Notes: generated by a model from the letters alone, not told the origin. 64,000 nucleotides of DNA from Terriglobia bacterium (GCA_963824095.1 CAWGNS010000009.1:348272-412271), one strand, 5' to 3'; shown: positions 42,784 to 53,389, counted from the stretch's first letter. Translations and numbers: made by a program.

Positions 42784-44202
42784 TCAAGCCGCGTTGGCGG
42801 CGCCGCTGGAGGCGGCTTTGCCGCCGTTGTTGGTCACCACCGGGTTGTGCCAGCCCTCGGGTGGCGTGACTCTGCCTTCGACTTCGCTCGGGCCCCACGA
42901 GCCTGGATCGTACTCATAGGTGGGAACCTTGGCGTGCAACACCGGGTCGACGATGCGCCAGGCCTCTTCGACGTAATCTTCGCGGGCGAACAGGGTGGCG
43001 TCGCCCACCATGGCGTCGCCCAGCAGCCGCTCGTAGGCGCCCACCGATTCCGGGGTCGGGTGGCGGCTGACCTGCATCTCCACCGGCTCGCCGGCGATTT
43101 CTTTTCCCGGGACCAGCACCATCAGGTTCATTGCGATGGTGACGTCGGGGTTGATGCGCAGCCGCAAGTAGTTGGGTTTCGACGCCGAGCCGGCATAGAC
43201 GTCGGGCGGCCGTCGCAGCCGCACCAGCACCTCGGTGCAGGTCACCGGCAAGCACTTCCCAGCCCGAATATAGAACGGCACGCCTTCCCAACGCCAGGAC
43301 TTCACGTCCAGGCGCAGCGCCGCGAAGGTCTCGGTGGAAGAGTCCGGCTTGACGCCCTTTTCATCACGATAGCCGCGAAACTGCCCGCGCACGACGTTCT
43401 GAAGATCGAGCGGCGGGATGGCCTTGAGTACCTTGACCTTTTCGTCGCGAATGGATTCGCTATCGGTACGCACCGGTGCTTCCATGGCGAGGTTCACCAG
43501 CACCTGCAGCAGGTGATTCTGCACCACGTCGCGGATCGCGCCGGTGTGATCGTAAAACGCGCCGCGCCCCTGGACCCCGAATTCCTCCGCCATCGTAATC
43601 TGCACGCTTTCGACGTAGTTGCGGTTCCAGAACGGCTCCAGGAACGAATTCGCGAACCGGAAATAGAGCAGATTATTGACTGGCAGCTTTCCCAGGTAAT
43701 GATCGATGCGGCACACCGAGCGGTCGTCGAAGGTGTCGAGCAAAATGCGATTCAGCTCTTGGGCCGAGGCGAGGTCGTTGCCGAACGGCTTTTCGAGAAC
43801 GACGCGGGCGTCGTTGGCGCAGCCCGAATCGCCCAGTTGCGTGATCACCTTTTCGAACAACACCGGCGGAATCGCCAGGTAGTGAACGGGCCGGCGAGCC
43901 GAGCCCAACTGTTTGCGCAGCTCTTGAAAGGTGGCCGGGTCGTTGTAGTCGCCGTCGACATAGCGCAGCAGCGAGCAGAGTTTCTCGAAGGCCGGGCGAT
44001 CGAGCTCGCTGTGCTTTTCGAGGCTATCGCGCGCCCGTTCGCGGAGCTGGTCGAGATTCCATCCGGCCTTGGCGACTCCGATCACGGGCACGTCGAGATG
44101 ACCGCGCTGGATCATCCCCTGCAGCGCCGGAAAGATCTTTTTGTAGGCCAGATCGCCGGTGGAGCCGAAGAAGACCAGAGCGTCGGAATGGAACGTGCTC
44201 AT
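42784..44202 (-). CDS. zwf: glucose-6-phosphate 1-dehydrogenase
   Basis: ORF 42784..44469(-), start ATG 44202 ([27 protein letters not shown]), AAGGAAGG upstream. [13 protein letters not shown]. Confidence 0.95.
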   Translation of the reverse strand: MSTFHSDALVFFGSTGDLAYKKIFPALQGMIQRGHLDVPVIGVAKAGWNLDQLRERARDSLEKHSELDRPAFEKLCSLLRYVDGDYNDPATFQELRKQLGSARRPVHYLAIPPVLFEKVITQLGDSGCANDARVVLEKPFGNDLASAQELNRILLDTFDDRSVCRIDHYLGKLPVNNLLYFRFANSFLEPFWNRNYVESVQITMAEEFGVQGRGAFYDHTGAIRDVVQNHLLQVLVNLAMEAPVRTDSESIRDEKVKVLKAIPPLDLQNVVRGQFRGYRDEKGVKPDSSTETFAALRLDVKSWRWEGVPFYIRAGKCLPVTCTEVLVRLRRPPDVYAGSASKPNYLRLRINPDVTIAMNLMVLVPGKEIAGEPVEMQVSRHPTPESVGAYERLLGDAMVGDATLFAREDYVEEAWRIVDPVLHAKVPTYEYDPGSWGPSEVEGRVTPPEGWHNPVVTNNGGKAASSGAANAA

Positions 44203-44221
44203 GAGAATACCTTCCTTGTGC

Positions 44222-45241
44222 TTATTTTTTTGCGGATTTTTCCAGGTGCCCGCCGAACTGGTAGCGCATCGCCGACAGCAGCTTGTCCTGGTAGTCGGAT
44301 TCGCCGCGCGAGCTGAAGCGCTGGAACAGCGCCGCCGAAAGCACCGGCACCGGCACGGCCTCGTCGATCGCCGCTTTGATGGTCCAGCGGCCTTCGCCCG
44401 AGTCGGAGACCTGGCCGGCGAAGTCGCCCAGCTCCGGATCCTTGACCAGCGCGGCGGCGGTGAGGTCAAGCAGCCAGGAGGCGATCACGCTGCCGCGGCG
44501 CCAGACTTCGGCGATGTCGCGAAGGTTCAGCTCGTATTCGTAGTGGGCGGGGTCGCGTAGCGGGCTGGTCTCGGCGTCGGCGGCGCTTTGTACCTTGCCG
44601 ATATTGGCGTCGCGCAACACGCCGAAGCCCTCGGCGTAGGCCGCCATCACGCCGTACTCGATGCCGTTGTGGACCATCTTGACGAAATGGCCTGCGCCGT
44701 TGGGTCCGCAGTGGAGATAGCCGTGCTCGGCCGTGCCGCCCAGCTTCTCGCGCCCCGGCGTTCGCGCAATGTCTCCGGCGCCGGGAGCCAGCGTCTCAAA
44801 AATCGGGTTGAGGTGCTCGACCACACCGGGCTCGCCGCCGATCATCATGCAATAGCCCCGTTCCAGGCCCCACACCCCGCCGCTGGTGCCTACGTCGACG
44901 TAGTGAATCTGTTTCTCCCGCAACTGCTTGGCGCGGCGGATGTCGTCGACGTAGTAGGAATTGCCACCGTCGATCACGATGTCGCCGGCTTCCAGATGCG
45001 GCGCCAGCGAGGCGATGGTCTTATCCACCACGGCCGCCGGCACCATCAGCCAGATGGCGCGCGGGGTTTCGAGCTTGCCCATGAACTCCTTTGCGTCGGA
45101 CGCTCCGGTGGCGCCGTGGGCTACCGAGTTTTGAACGGCGTCGGGCGACAGGTCGAAGACGGTGCAGGAGTGCCCGCCTTGCAGCAGCCGCCGCACCATG
45201 TTCGAGCCCATGCGTCCCAGGCCTACCATTCCGATTTGCAT
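44222..45241 (-). CDS. gnd: 6-phosphogluconate dehydrogenase, decarboxylating (short Gnd/YqeC type)
   Basis: [62 protein letters not shown]. Confidence 0.9.
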   Translation of the reverse strand: MQIGMVGLGRMGSNMVRRLLQGGHSCTVFDLSPDAVQNSVAHGATGASDAKEFMGKLETPRAIWLMVPAAVVDKTIASLAPHLEAGDIVIDGGNSYYVDDIRRAKQLREKQIHYVDVGTSGGVWGLERGYCMMIGGEPGVVEHLNPIFETLAPGAGDIARTPGREKLGGTAEHGYLHCGPNGAGHFVKMVHNGIEYGVMAAYAEGFGVLRDANIGKVQSAADAETSPLRDPAHYEYELNLRDIAEVWRRGSVIASWLLDLTAAALVKDPELGDFAGQVSDSGEGRWTIKAAIDEAVPVPVLSAALFQRFSSRGESDYQDKLLSAMRYQFGGHLEKSAKK

Positions 45242-45347
45242 TGTGCGTTCTCCTTCCAGCGACGAGGCGGCGTTTCCTCGTCGTTTAGCGATGTTGTCGG
45301 GTGAGCGCCCGGCGTTGGGATAGCCGGCGGCCGCCGGGGGCCGGGCT

Positions 45348-46991
45348 TCAAACGCTCGCCTTGATCGCGCGGTAGCGGCGGATCAGCGCGTTCGTCGAGC
45401 TGTCGTGGTCGAGCGCCGGTTCTTCGCCGCTTTCCAATTCGGGGATGATGCGCTGCGCCAGCGCCTTGCCGAGCTCGACGCCCCACTGGTCGAACGCATC
45501 GATGTTCCAGATCGCCGCCTGCGTAAACACGCTGTGCTCGTAGAGCGCCACCAGCTTGCCGAGGGCTTCGGGCGTCAGCCGCTCGATCAGGATCGTGTTC
45601 GACGGGCGGTTGCCCTCGAAGACGCGATGCGGCACCAGCCGGTCGGGCGTGCCCTCCGCCTTCACTTCGGCGGCCGTTTTGCCGAACGCCAGCGCCTCGG
45701 CCTGCGCCAACACGTTGGCCAGCAGCATGTCGTGATGGCGGCCCAGCGGATTGAGCGAGCGGCCGAAGGCGATGAAGTCGCAGGGAATCAGCTTCGTCCC
45801 CTGGTGGATGAGCTGATAGAACGAGTGCTGCCCGTTGGTGCCCGGCTCGCCCCAGTAGATCGGCCCGGTCTGGTAGTCGATGGCGTTTCCTTCGAGAGTG
45901 ACGTGCTTGCCGTTGCTCTCCATCGTCAACTGCTGCAGATAGGCCGGGAAGCGCTTCAGGTATTGTTCATAGGGCAGCACGGCGATCGTCTGGGAACCGA
46001 AGAAGTTGTTGTACCAGAGGGCCAGCAGCCCCAGCAGCACGGGTAGATTGCGCTCGAACGGGGCGGTGCGGAAATGCTCGTCCATCTGGTGGAAGCCGGC
46101 GAGCATGGCGTTGAAATTTTGCGGACCGATGGCGAGCATGGTCGACAGGCCGATCGCTGAATCCATCGAATAGCGCCCACCCACCCAGTCCCAGAACTCG
46201 AACATGTTGGCGGTGTCGATGCCAAACTCCTGGACCTTGGCGGCGTTGGTCGAGACGGCCACGAAATGCCGTGCGACGGCCTTCTCATCGCCACCGAAAC
46301 GGTCCAGGCTCCAGGCGCGGGCGGTGCGCGCGTTGGTCATCGTCTCGAGCGTGGTGAAGGTTTTCGACGAGACGACGAACAGCGTTTCCTCGGGATCGAG
46401 GTCGTGGACCGCCTCGGCGAAGTCGGTGGCGTCGACGTTCGAGACGAAGCGAAACGTCATCGCCCGCTCGGCGTAGTGTTTCAGCGCCTCGTAGGCCATC
46501 ACCGGGCCCAGGTCCGAGCCGCCGATGCCGATGTTGACCACGTTGCGGATACGCTTTCCGGTGTGACCCTTCCACTCGCCGCCGCGCACGCGTTCGCAAA
46601 ACTTGGCCATCTTGCCGAGCACGGCGTGGACCTGCGGCACGACGTCGACGCCGTCCACGGTGATCGACTGTTCTTTGGGCGCGCGCAAGGCGACGTGCAG
46701 CACCGCGCGGTTCTCGGTGACGTTGATCTTGTCGCCGCGAAACATGGCGTCGATCCGCTGGCGCAGGCCCGACTCGGCGGCCAGTTGCAGCAGCAGCTCG
46801 ATTGTTTCGGCGGTAGCGCGGTTCTTCGAGTAGTCGAGGTAGAGGCCCAGGGCCTCGACGGTCATGCGCTCGCCGCGGCCGGGCTCGTCGGCGAACAGTT
46901 TTCGCAGGTGCAGCCCCTCGATCTGTTGGAAGTGGGCGTCGAGCGCGCTCCAGGCGGCGCTTTGGGCAGCGGTGGTGGCGGTTGGGGTCAT
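45348..46991 (-). CDS. pgi: glucose-6-phosphate isomerase
   Basis: ORF 45348..47252(-), start ATG 46991 ([17 protein letters not shown]). [51 protein letters not shown]. Confidence 0.95.
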   Translation of the reverse strand: MTPTATTAAQSAAWSALDAHFQQIEGLHLRKLFADEPGRGERMTVEALGLYLDYSKNRATAETIELLLQLAAESGLRQRIDAMFRGDKINVTENRAVLHVALRAPKEQSITVDGVDVVPQVHAVLGKMAKFCERVRGGEWKGHTGKRIRNVVNIGIGGSDLGPVMAYEALKHYAERAMTFRFVSNVDATDFAEAVHDLDPEETLFVVSSKTFTTLETMTNARTARAWSLDRFGGDEKAVARHFVAVSTNAAKVQEFGIDTANMFEFWDWVGGRYSMDSAIGLSTMLAIGPQNFNAMLAGFHQMDEHFRTAPFERNLPVLLGLLALWYNNFFGSQTIAVLPYEQYLKRFPAYLQQLTMESNGKHVTLEGNAIDYQTGPIYWGEPGTNGQHSFYQLIHQGTKLIPCDFIAFGRSLNPLGRHHDMLLANVLAQAEALAFGKTAAEVKAEGTPDRLVPHRVFEGNRPSNTILIERLTPEALGKLVALYEHSVFTQAAIWNIDAFDQWGVELGKALAQRIIPELESGEEPALDHDSSTNALIRRYRAIKASV

Positions 46992-47201
46992 GGTCGTAGT
47001 CCTTCGGAGCCAAAGGCGGCGAGGCCGCTTTTCCTGTTGCCGGACACTGCCGGCGGTTCTTATTGCCGGAAGCCGCCGCGACCCGGGCGGCGCTCGGGCG
47101 AAAAACAACCGGTGGCAGCGGCGGCCGGAGTGCGCTGCCGCTGTCTTATCGGCAACCGCTCGCGCCCGGCGAGGCGCGATTTCCTGCGGCAAGGGCGGCA
47201 A

Positions 47202-47239
47202 GGGGACAGTCACCGTGTTTCGCGCCCCGCGAATCCTGG
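47202..47239 (+). repeat. repeat family C copy
   Basis: ggggacagtcaccgtgtttcgcgccccgcgaatcctgg. Confidence 0.8.
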
Positions 47240-47330
47240 AAAGGAACGACACATCGAGGAGCGGGTGATTGTTCTCCCATCGGCGTTTGCCGGCGCCGGC
47301 GTGAACCAGCGTCTCTATGTAGATGCTTGC

Positions 47331-47927
47331 TCAGGCGCTTATGTGACGAGTTTCGTTCCACAATCGAATCACCGGCTTGCTCAGGTCTCCGTCGTAGCCC
47401 AGCGCGCTGAGGCTCGCCGTGCTCAGCAGCAGCGAGGCCCAGCATGGCGACAGGTCGACGCCGATCCAGCGCGCCGCGACGACGCGCAGGAAGTGGCCGC
47501 TCGAAAACAACAGCACGTTGCCTCCGACGCCGCGAACGCGCTGGACGACGCGGTCGGCGCGGGCGCTGGCCTGCGCCGGGGATTCGCCTTCCGGGCAGCC
47601 GTCGCGAAACAGTTCCCAATCCGGCCGGCCGGCGCGAATCTCGTCGCTGCGCAGGCCTTCGTATGCGCCGTAGTCCCATTCGACCAGGTCGGGGTCGAAC
47701 TCGGCGCGGGCGAACCCGGCCAGCTCGCAGGTCCGGCTGGCGCGTTGCAGCGGGCTGGTGAAAACCTTGTCGTATTCGAACTCACGTAGCCGCTGGCCCA
47801 GGCTGCGCGCTTTGCGCTCGCCGCGGGCCGTGAGCGGCAAATCGGTGAGGCCGGTGTGTTGGCCGCTGAGGCTCCACTCGGTTTCGCCGTGGCGCGCCAG
47901 GTAGGCGACGGGCAGGTCGGGGTTCAT
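47331..47927 (-). CDS. histidine phosphatase family protein (phosphoglycerate-mutase-like)
   Basis: ORF 47331..48011(-), start ATG 47927. LARHGETEWS (RHG motif), TSPLQRA, SSGHFLR. Confidence 0.8.
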   Translation of the reverse strand: MNPDLPVAYLARHGETEWSLSGQHTGLTDLPLTARGERKARSLGQRLREFEYDKVFTSPLQRASRTCELAGFARAEFDPDLVEWDYGAYEGLRSDEIRAGRPDWELFRDGCPEGESPAQASARADRVVQRVRGVGGNVLLFSSGHFLRVVAARWIGVDLSPCWASLLLSTASLSALGYDGDLSKPVIRLWNETRHISA

Positions 47928-48147
47928 CGGAGGGGCTCCAGGGATGCGATGGGGGCGGTGGCCGCGCCGGCTGAGATCGTTGCCGCTGCGGATTGAGCGG
48001 GTGTAGGCCACCGCTTACGGACGCGCGCGGCTCGGATTGGGGGGTGCGAGGTCACGGCTTTTTTAGGTCCCGGTTCGCTGGCAAGGTCCCGGATCTAGCG
48101 GCATGCTTCGACGGCTGACCGTGCGGTTCGCTGCCGCGCGTGGTTCC

Positions 48148-49140
48148 CTAGGCGGCGCCGCTGCGGCTGGCGGCTTGCTTGGCTCGATCGGGTTGCTTTC
48201 CGATTTGCGGGGCGTCGGCGGTCAAGGCGACCACCAGCTTACCGCGGCCGCTCCTTTCTACTCTACCCGCATAGGCGGCCGGCGCCTGCGACAGCGGCAC
48301 GATGGCGGCGACCGCGGCGCGCAGTTGCCCGGATTGCAGCAGGTTCGCGACTTCGACGAGCTGCTGCTGGTTCGGCTCCACGATGAAGAAGGCTTGCTTG
48401 GTGCGCTCATCGGCGGCCGCCTCTTCGCTGGCGGCGATGGTGACCATCCGGCCGCCCGGTTTGAGCACGCTCCAGGAGCGCCGCAGGGTTTCGCCGCCGA
48501 CGGTGTCGAACACGATATCGACTTTGTGCGCGCTGTCTTCAAAGCGCTGCGTGTGGTAGTCGATGACCTGCTCGGCGCCCAGCCCCAAAACGAAATCGGC
48601 GTCGCGCGCCGAGGCGGTGGCGACGACGCGCGCGCCGTGCAAGCGGGCCAGCTGCACCGCGAAGATGCCCACCGCCCCGGCCCCGCCGTGCACCAGCACA
48701 CGTTCGCCGGGCTGCAGCCGGGCGCGGTCGAACAGCCCTTGCCAGGCTGTCAGCGCGCCGATCGGAACCGCGGCGGCCTCGGAGTGCGTCAGCCGGGCGG
48801 GCTTGGCGGCCACGGCCGACTGCGGCGCCAGACAATACTCGGCGGTCGCGCCTTCCGAAAACCAGTCGTTCATGCCGAACACGTCCTGGCCCACCGCGAA
48901 CGCCGTGGCGCCCTCGCCCGCGCCGGCGACGACTCCGGAGAACTCATGCCCGGGCACGGCGCCGGTTCGCTTCTCGCCCGTCTTGTTGTGCAAGGTGGGA
49001 TACCAGAGCAGCTCGGTGGGGGTCACGCCGGCGGCGCGGACGCGGATCAGCAACTCGCCCGGACCCGGCGCCGGCCGGGCCGCGTCGGCCTCCACCAGCA
49101 GCGGTCCATCGGCAGAATTGACCAGGAGTACGGTTTTCAT
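48148..49140 (-). CDS. NADPH:quinone oxidoreductase-like MDR family protein
   Basis: GAGGTGAGG upstream. GELLIRVRAAGV, PGHEFSGVV, LVHGGAGAVGIFAVQLA (nucleotide-binding). Confidence 0.85.
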   Translation of the reverse strand: MKTVLLVNSADGPLLVEADAARPAPGPGELLIRVRAAGVTPTELLWYPTLHNKTGEKRTGAVPGHEFSGVVAGAGEGATAFAVGQDVFGMNDWFSEGATAEYCLAPQSAVAAKPARLTHSEAAAVPIGALTAWQGLFDRARLQPGERVLVHGGAGAVGIFAVQLARLHGARVVATASARDADFVLGLGAEQVIDYHTQRFEDSAHKVDIVFDTVGGETLRRSWSVLKPGGRMVTIAASEEAAADERTKQAFFIVEPNQQQLVEVANLLQSGQLRAAVAAIVPLSQAPAAYAGRVERSGRGKLVVALTADAPQIGKQPDRAKQAASRSGAA

Positions 49141-49491
49141 GCCTCACCTCGCTCGGCATTTCTTATCATCGGCGATTCTTGTTTCACCACGGTTGCGCCG
49201 CAGCCTTCCCCGCCCGCGCGGGGGATCAGTGGTTCATCTTCGCCGGCATCCTACGCTCGTAGTTTCTCTTCGTGGGCGCTCTCTACGGCGTGCCGAGCCT
49301 TGCGACCTTTCTTAGTTTGCCCCTTCCCGCACCGCCGGGTCATCACGACATGGAGGGCGATTGCGCTAACCCATAAGGTAGGAATGCGGCTACCACGTTC
49401 GGGGTATGTGGCCGGCCGATGCGATCCGCTGCGGCTCAGCAGGGCGCCACGATCAAAGCTGTGGGGCGGGGTTTAGGCGCCCGAAGCGAGC

Positions 49492-49527
49492 GAACAGAGC
49501 CGCAGGCTTCCGTCAGCGGCTCTGTTC
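49492..49527. repeat. repeat family D hairpin
   Basis: gaacagagccgc-aggcttccgtca-gcggctctgttc (12-bp stem). Confidence 0.75.
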
Positions 49528-49585
49528 CCGTGCTCTGCTGCTGTCTTGCGTTTCGCCTGGCTCGGGAGGCTGTGCCACGCTGCTC

Positions 49586-49640
49586 CACAGGCAGGATTGC
49601 CTGTGCACGTCCTTCGCAGCCAGGATTGCCTGTGCCGCGC
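49586..49640. repeat. repeat family B variant, two copies
   Basis: cacaggcaggattgcctgtgc ... cagccaggattgcctgtgc, immediately downstream of the SLC13 gene stop. Confidence 0.7.
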
Positions 49641-49643
49641 GGC

Positions 49644-51443
49644 TCAGAAAGGCCAGACCAGCGGCGCCACGATCAGAGCCGTCAACCCCACCAGCAGACT
49701 GATCGGCACGCCAATGCGCGTGTAATCGGTGAATCGATACCCGCCGGGGCCGTAGACCATCAGGTTGGTCTGATAGCCGATCGGGGTTGCGAAGCTGGCC
49801 GAGCCGGCGATCATCAGCACCATCACAAAGGGCAGCAGGTTGACCCCGAGCTGTTGCGCCGCCGAAATCGCGATCGGGAACATCAGGGCGACGGCGGCGT
49901 TGTTGGTGAGAATTTCGGTCAGCAGCCAAGTCACCAGATAGACGCCGACCAGCGTCAGATAGGGATTGCCGCCGGCCGCGCCGAGCACGCTGCCGGCGAG
50001 CAGTTGGGCGGCGCCCGATTGCTCGATCGCCGCACCGATGCCGAGCGCGGCGCCGATCACGATCAGCACGCCCCAGTCGACGCTGTTGCGCGCTTCGATC
50101 AGGCCGCAGCAGCGCGTCAGCACCATCAGCGCGGCGGCGACCACGGCGGCTACCAGCATGCTGACGACGCCCGAAGCGGCCAGCACGACCATGCCGGCCA
50201 GGATCAGCAGCGCCAGCAGCGCACGCTCGTGGCGCCGCGGCGTGGAGTCTTCGATCGCGCTCACCAGGAAGAAGTCGCGCGAGTCGCGATTTTGTTGCGC
50301 AAACGTCGGCGCGGCCTCGATCAGCAGCGTGTCGCCGGGGCGCAGCTCGATGTCGCCGATCTTGCGCTGGATGCGCTCGCCGCCGCGCGCCACCGCCAGC
50401 ACCACCGCGTTGTAGCGGTTGCGGAAACGCCCGTCGCGGATCGTCTTGCCGGCCAGCGGGCAAGTGTTCGACACCACGGCCTCGAAAAGCTGCCGCCGGT
50501 AGCGCGGCGAGTCGAGCTTGAACACCTGATTGGTGGCCGGCACCAGGCCGCGCAGGTTTTGCAGGTCGCGAATCGATTCGACGATGCCGGCGAAGATCAG
50601 CCGGTCGTCGGCCTGCAGGGTCTCCTCGGGACCCACCGCCAGAATGCTCATCCCCTGGCGATCGATCTCGGTGAGATACGACCCTGGCAGATGGCGCAGG
50701 CCGGCCTGCTCGATCGATTTGCCGACCAGCGGGCTGCCTACGGGCACGATCATCTCGGCGGTGTATTGGCGCGGGTCGCTCATCTCGGCCGCCGGCGAGC
50801 CGCGCGTCGGCAGCAGCCTGGGCCCGAACAGCAGCAAAAACAGCGAGCCGACCACGGCGCACGGCAGCCCCACCCAGGTCACGTCGAACATACCCAGCGG
50901 CGGCAGGTTGGTCTGCGTCTGCACCAGCCCGGCGACCACCAGGTTGGTGCTGGTGCCGATCAGAGAGCAGATCCCGCCCAGAATCGCCGCATAGCTGAGC
51001 GGGATCATCAGCTTCGACGGCGTGAGATTCAGCTTTTTGGCCCAGTCGCTGACCGCCGGGATCAGCATCGCTACCACCGGCGTGTTGTTCAAAAACGTGC
51101 TGAGCGCGACCACCGGGAACAGGATGCGAACCAGCGCCATGCGCACGGTCTTAGGGCGCCCCAATACCGATTGCGCGATCCAGTCGATGCCGCCGGTCTC
51201 GCGCAGGCCCGTGACGACGATGAACAGCACCCCGACCGCGAGCATGCCCGGGTTCGAGAAACCGCCGAAGGCTTGCGCGGTGGTGATGACGCCCAGCTTC
51301 CAGCCCGCGGCAAGCGGCACCGGGGCGACCAGCAGCAAGGTCAGGCCGCCGACCAGCACCGCATCGGGCGGGATGCGCGTGAAGATCAACAGGCCGAGCA
51401 CCAGCGCCAGCACGGCCAGCACGATGCCGGCTTCAACGCCCAC
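49644..51443 (-). CDS. SLC13/DASS-type anion permease with two central TrkA-C (RCK_C) domains
   Basis: 599 aa, many TM helices (TFLNNTPVVAMLIP, IGTSTNLVV, ATPIGYQTNLMVYGPGGY). Two cytoplasmic TrkA-C-like repeats (GKSIEQAGLRHLPGSYLTEIDRQG...; GKTIRDGRFRNRYNAVVLAVARGG...). Confidence 0.85.
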   Translation of the reverse strand: MGVEAGIVLAVLALVLGLLIFTRIPPDAVLVGGLTLLLVAPVPLAAGWKLGVITTAQAFGGFSNPGMLAVGVLFIVVTGLRETGGIDWIAQSVLGRPKTVRMALVRILFPVVALSTFLNNTPVVAMLIPAVSDWAKKLNLTPSKLMIPLSYAAILGGICSLIGTSTNLVVAGLVQTQTNLPPLGMFDVTWVGLPCAVVGSLFLLLFGPRLLPTRGSPAAEMSDPRQYTAEMIVPVGSPLVGKSIEQAGLRHLPGSYLTEIDRQGMSILAVGPEETLQADDRLIFAGIVESIRDLQNLRGLVPATNQVFKLDSPRYRRQLFEAVVSNTCPLAGKTIRDGRFRNRYNAVVLAVARGGERIQRKIGDIELRPGDTLLIEAAPTFAQQNRDSRDFFLVSAIEDSTPRRHERALLALLILAGMVVLAASGVVSMLVAAVVAAALMVLTRCCGLIEARNSVDWGVLIVIGAALGIGAAIEQSGAAQLLAGSVLGAAGGNPYLTLVGVYLVTWLLTEILTNNAAVALMFPIAISAAQQLGVNLLPFVMVLMIAGSASFATPIGYQTNLMVYGPGGYRFTDYTRIGVPISLLVGLTALIVAPLVWPF

Positions 51444-51842
51444 GGCGAAGCTCCGATCGGATCAGAGCCGGCCGCCGGACTTGGGCTACCGCCGGGTGAG
51501 TCATCCGTTGCCGTTTCCCGCCCCGGCAAGTCCGCCCGGAGCCGCTGGCGGCTGGAGATACGAGGGGGAATGGCATCTGTATCGGGGTCGGGAGGATGGC
51601 CTGTGGCGCCAGCGAACGGCTGTTGAGATAGCGACTCTTTAGATAGTAATGCCAAACGCGGGGAAAGTGTTGGCGGCGCAAGTCGCGGCCTGGGCGTCTT
51701 GGCACGTGCCGTGAACCGCCAAGAATCGCCACGAATCGGGACAAACCGCCGCGAATCGCCACTCAGAGCCGCGGACTTGAGCCCGCGCTGCGTGGCACGG
51801 CGCAGCGCCATCGCCCGACTCCCAGCACTGTAGCCCGGCCAG

Positions 51843-51879
51843 GCCGCACAGCGCGGGCTCACGCCCGCGGCTCCGAGTG
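51843..51879 (+). repeat. repeat family D, 37-nt copy identical to 53260-53296
   Basis: gccgcacagcgcgggctcacgcccgcggctccgagtg (contains hairpin cgcgggc-tcac-gcccgcg). Confidence 0.9.
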
Positions 51880-51924
51880 GGAATAAAGGCGATTCAGCCC
51901 GCCGCCCGTTTAACCCGCCGGCCT

Positions 51925-53139
51925 TCAACCCGCAAGCATCCACAACCATACCGCCGCAATCCCCAGTGTCGCCAAGGTTACCGGCACCCCCACCCGCGCA
52001 TGGTCGCGCCAGGAAACTTTTACGCCCAGCCGCCCGGCCTGGTCCGCCACGATGATGTTGGCGATGCTGCCGACCAGGAACAGGTTCCCCGCCAGCGTGC
52101 TCGCCAGCGCCAGCACGGCGCCGGCCATCGGGTGCGTCGCCGCCGGCAGCAGCAGCATCACCGCCGGCACGTTCGACACCAGGTTCGAGAGCACCACCGC
52201 GGCGGCGAACAGCCAGCCGGGCCGCGACAGATCTACGCCCGCTCCGCGCACGCCGTCGAAAACCTGCGTCAGCGCTCCCGACGCAGTCAACGCGTGATTG
52301 ACGACAAACAGCCCGATGAACAGCACCAGCAGTTGCCAATCCACCTCGCCGAGCATGTCGCGCGAAGCCATGCGGCGGCTCATCAGCAGCAGCCCGGCCG
52401 CCGACAGCGCCGCCACTTCGCGCGGCACGTCGGTCCACAGAAAAACCGCCACCAGCAGCGCCAGCACGGCAAAACCCTTGGCGGTCTGCCAGCGGTCGAA
52501 CGGTGCCGCGACGGCCTGAATGCCCCGCGGCGGCGCCTGCCAGCGTCCCCGGAACTGCCGGCAGATGATCGCCCATACGGCCGCCAGGCTCAGCACGGCG
52601 GGAACGCCCGCGTCCCACAAATAGCCCCCAAACGACAGGTTGAGCCGTTGGCCGATCAACATGTTTTGGGGGTTGCCGATCAACGTCGCCGCCGACCCGG
52701 CGTTGGAAGCGCAGGCCAGCGCCAGCAGGAACGGCAGGGGATGGAGGCCGCGCCGGTCGCAGCCCTCAATCAGCACGGGGGCCATCGCCAGGCACACTAC
52801 ATCGTTGGCCAGCAACGCCGACAGGGCGCCGGCGATCACGATCAACGCCGCCAGCAACGCGGCCGGCCCCACCTCGGCGGCGGCGATCCTGCGGGTGAGC
52901 CGCGTATAAAAACCGCCCAGCCGGAACTGCGCCGACACGACCATCAGTCCGAACAACAGCCCGATGGTAGGCACATCGACCGCCGCCCAGGCCTGCCCGG
53001 GAGTCAACCGCCCGGCGGCCAGCAGCCCGATCGCCCCCAGCAAAGCCACGCCCGCCCGCTCGAGCGCCAGCCCGGGAATGCCGCCCAAAAGCATCCCGAG
53101 GTAAACGAACGCAAACACGAGAGCGACGACCGTGTCCAT
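51925..53139 (-). CDS. ArsB/NhaD-superfamily anion permease
   Basis: ORF 51925..53367(-), start ATG 53139 (MDTVVALVFAFVYLGMLLG). The upstream part of the ORF covers repeats. Motifs SNAGSAATLIGNPQNMLIG and 10+ TM helices. Confidence 0.8.
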   Translation of the reverse strand: MDTVVALVFAFVYLGMLLGGIPGLALERAGVALLGAIGLLAAGRLTPGQAWAAVDVPTIGLLFGLMVVSAQFRLGGFYTRLTRRIAAAEVGPAALLAALIVIAGALSALLANDVVCLAMAPVLIEGCDRRGLHPLPFLLALACASNAGSAATLIGNPQNMLIGQRLNLSFGGYLWDAGVPAVLSLAAVWAIICRQFRGRWQAPPRGIQAVAAPFDRWQTAKGFAVLALLVAVFLWTDVPREVAALSAAGLLLMSRRMASRDMLGEVDWQLLVLFIGLFVVNHALTASGALTQVFDGVRGAGVDLSRPGWLFAAAVVLSNLVSNVPAVMLLLPAATHPMAGAVLALASTLAGNLFLVGSIANIIVADQAGRLGVKVSWRDHARVGVPVTLATLGIAAVWLWMLAG

Positions 53140-53259
53140 GTTTGAGGATAAAAGAGCACAGAGGCGCGAAGAACCGCCGCTCACAGCCGCGGGCGTAAGC
53201 CCGCGCCATGCGCATGACCGGGCCGCAGTGCCAAAACTCGAGGCCAAGCGCCGGGCCGA

Positions 53260-53296
53260 GCCGCACAGCGCGGGCTCACGCCCGCGGCTCCGAGTG
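53260..53296 (+). repeat. repeat family D, 37-nt copy identical to 51843-51879
   Basis: gccgcacagcgcgggctcacgcccgcggctccgagtg. A further related unit at 53181-53207 (tcacagccgcgggcgtaagcccgcgcc). Confidence 0.9.
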
Positions 53297-53335
53297 ACAA
53301 TGCGCGGCGCAACCGCCCACGGCCCAGCCGCTTCA

Positions 53336-53389
53336 CCGATCAACCGATCAACCGATGAACCGATCAACGGCTCCGCCGATCAACGATCC
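53336..53389 (+). repeat. repeat family G: 8-bp tandem array CCGATCAA x6-7
   Basis: ccgatcaa ccgatcaa ccgatgaa ccgatcaa cggctccg ccgatcaa cgatcc. Ends 43 nt upstream of ATG 53432. tgtatact follows immediately. Confidence 0.85.

Noticed and set aside
40574-42919. Very long ORFs antisense to well-recognised genes. Examples: 40574..42919(+) opposite tkt, 65..1309(+), 49419..51626(+), 56725..58704(+), 36587..37786(-), 46266..47789(+), 27669..28913(+), 23788..24942(+), 42847..44316(+)
   Set aside because: Their translations are Arg/Ala/Gly/Pro-rich low-complexity strings with no motifs. They lie opposite ORFs carrying unambiguous family signatures. This is the expected shadow-ORF artefact of stop-codon-poor GC-rich DNA.
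53336-53389. Possible CRISPR arrays (the tandem tracts at 36583, 53336, 55487, 57757, 58693)
   Set aside because: Units are 8 or 14 nt and directly abutting, with no unique spacers, and there are no cas genes. These are microsatellite or iteron-like arrays, not CRISPR.
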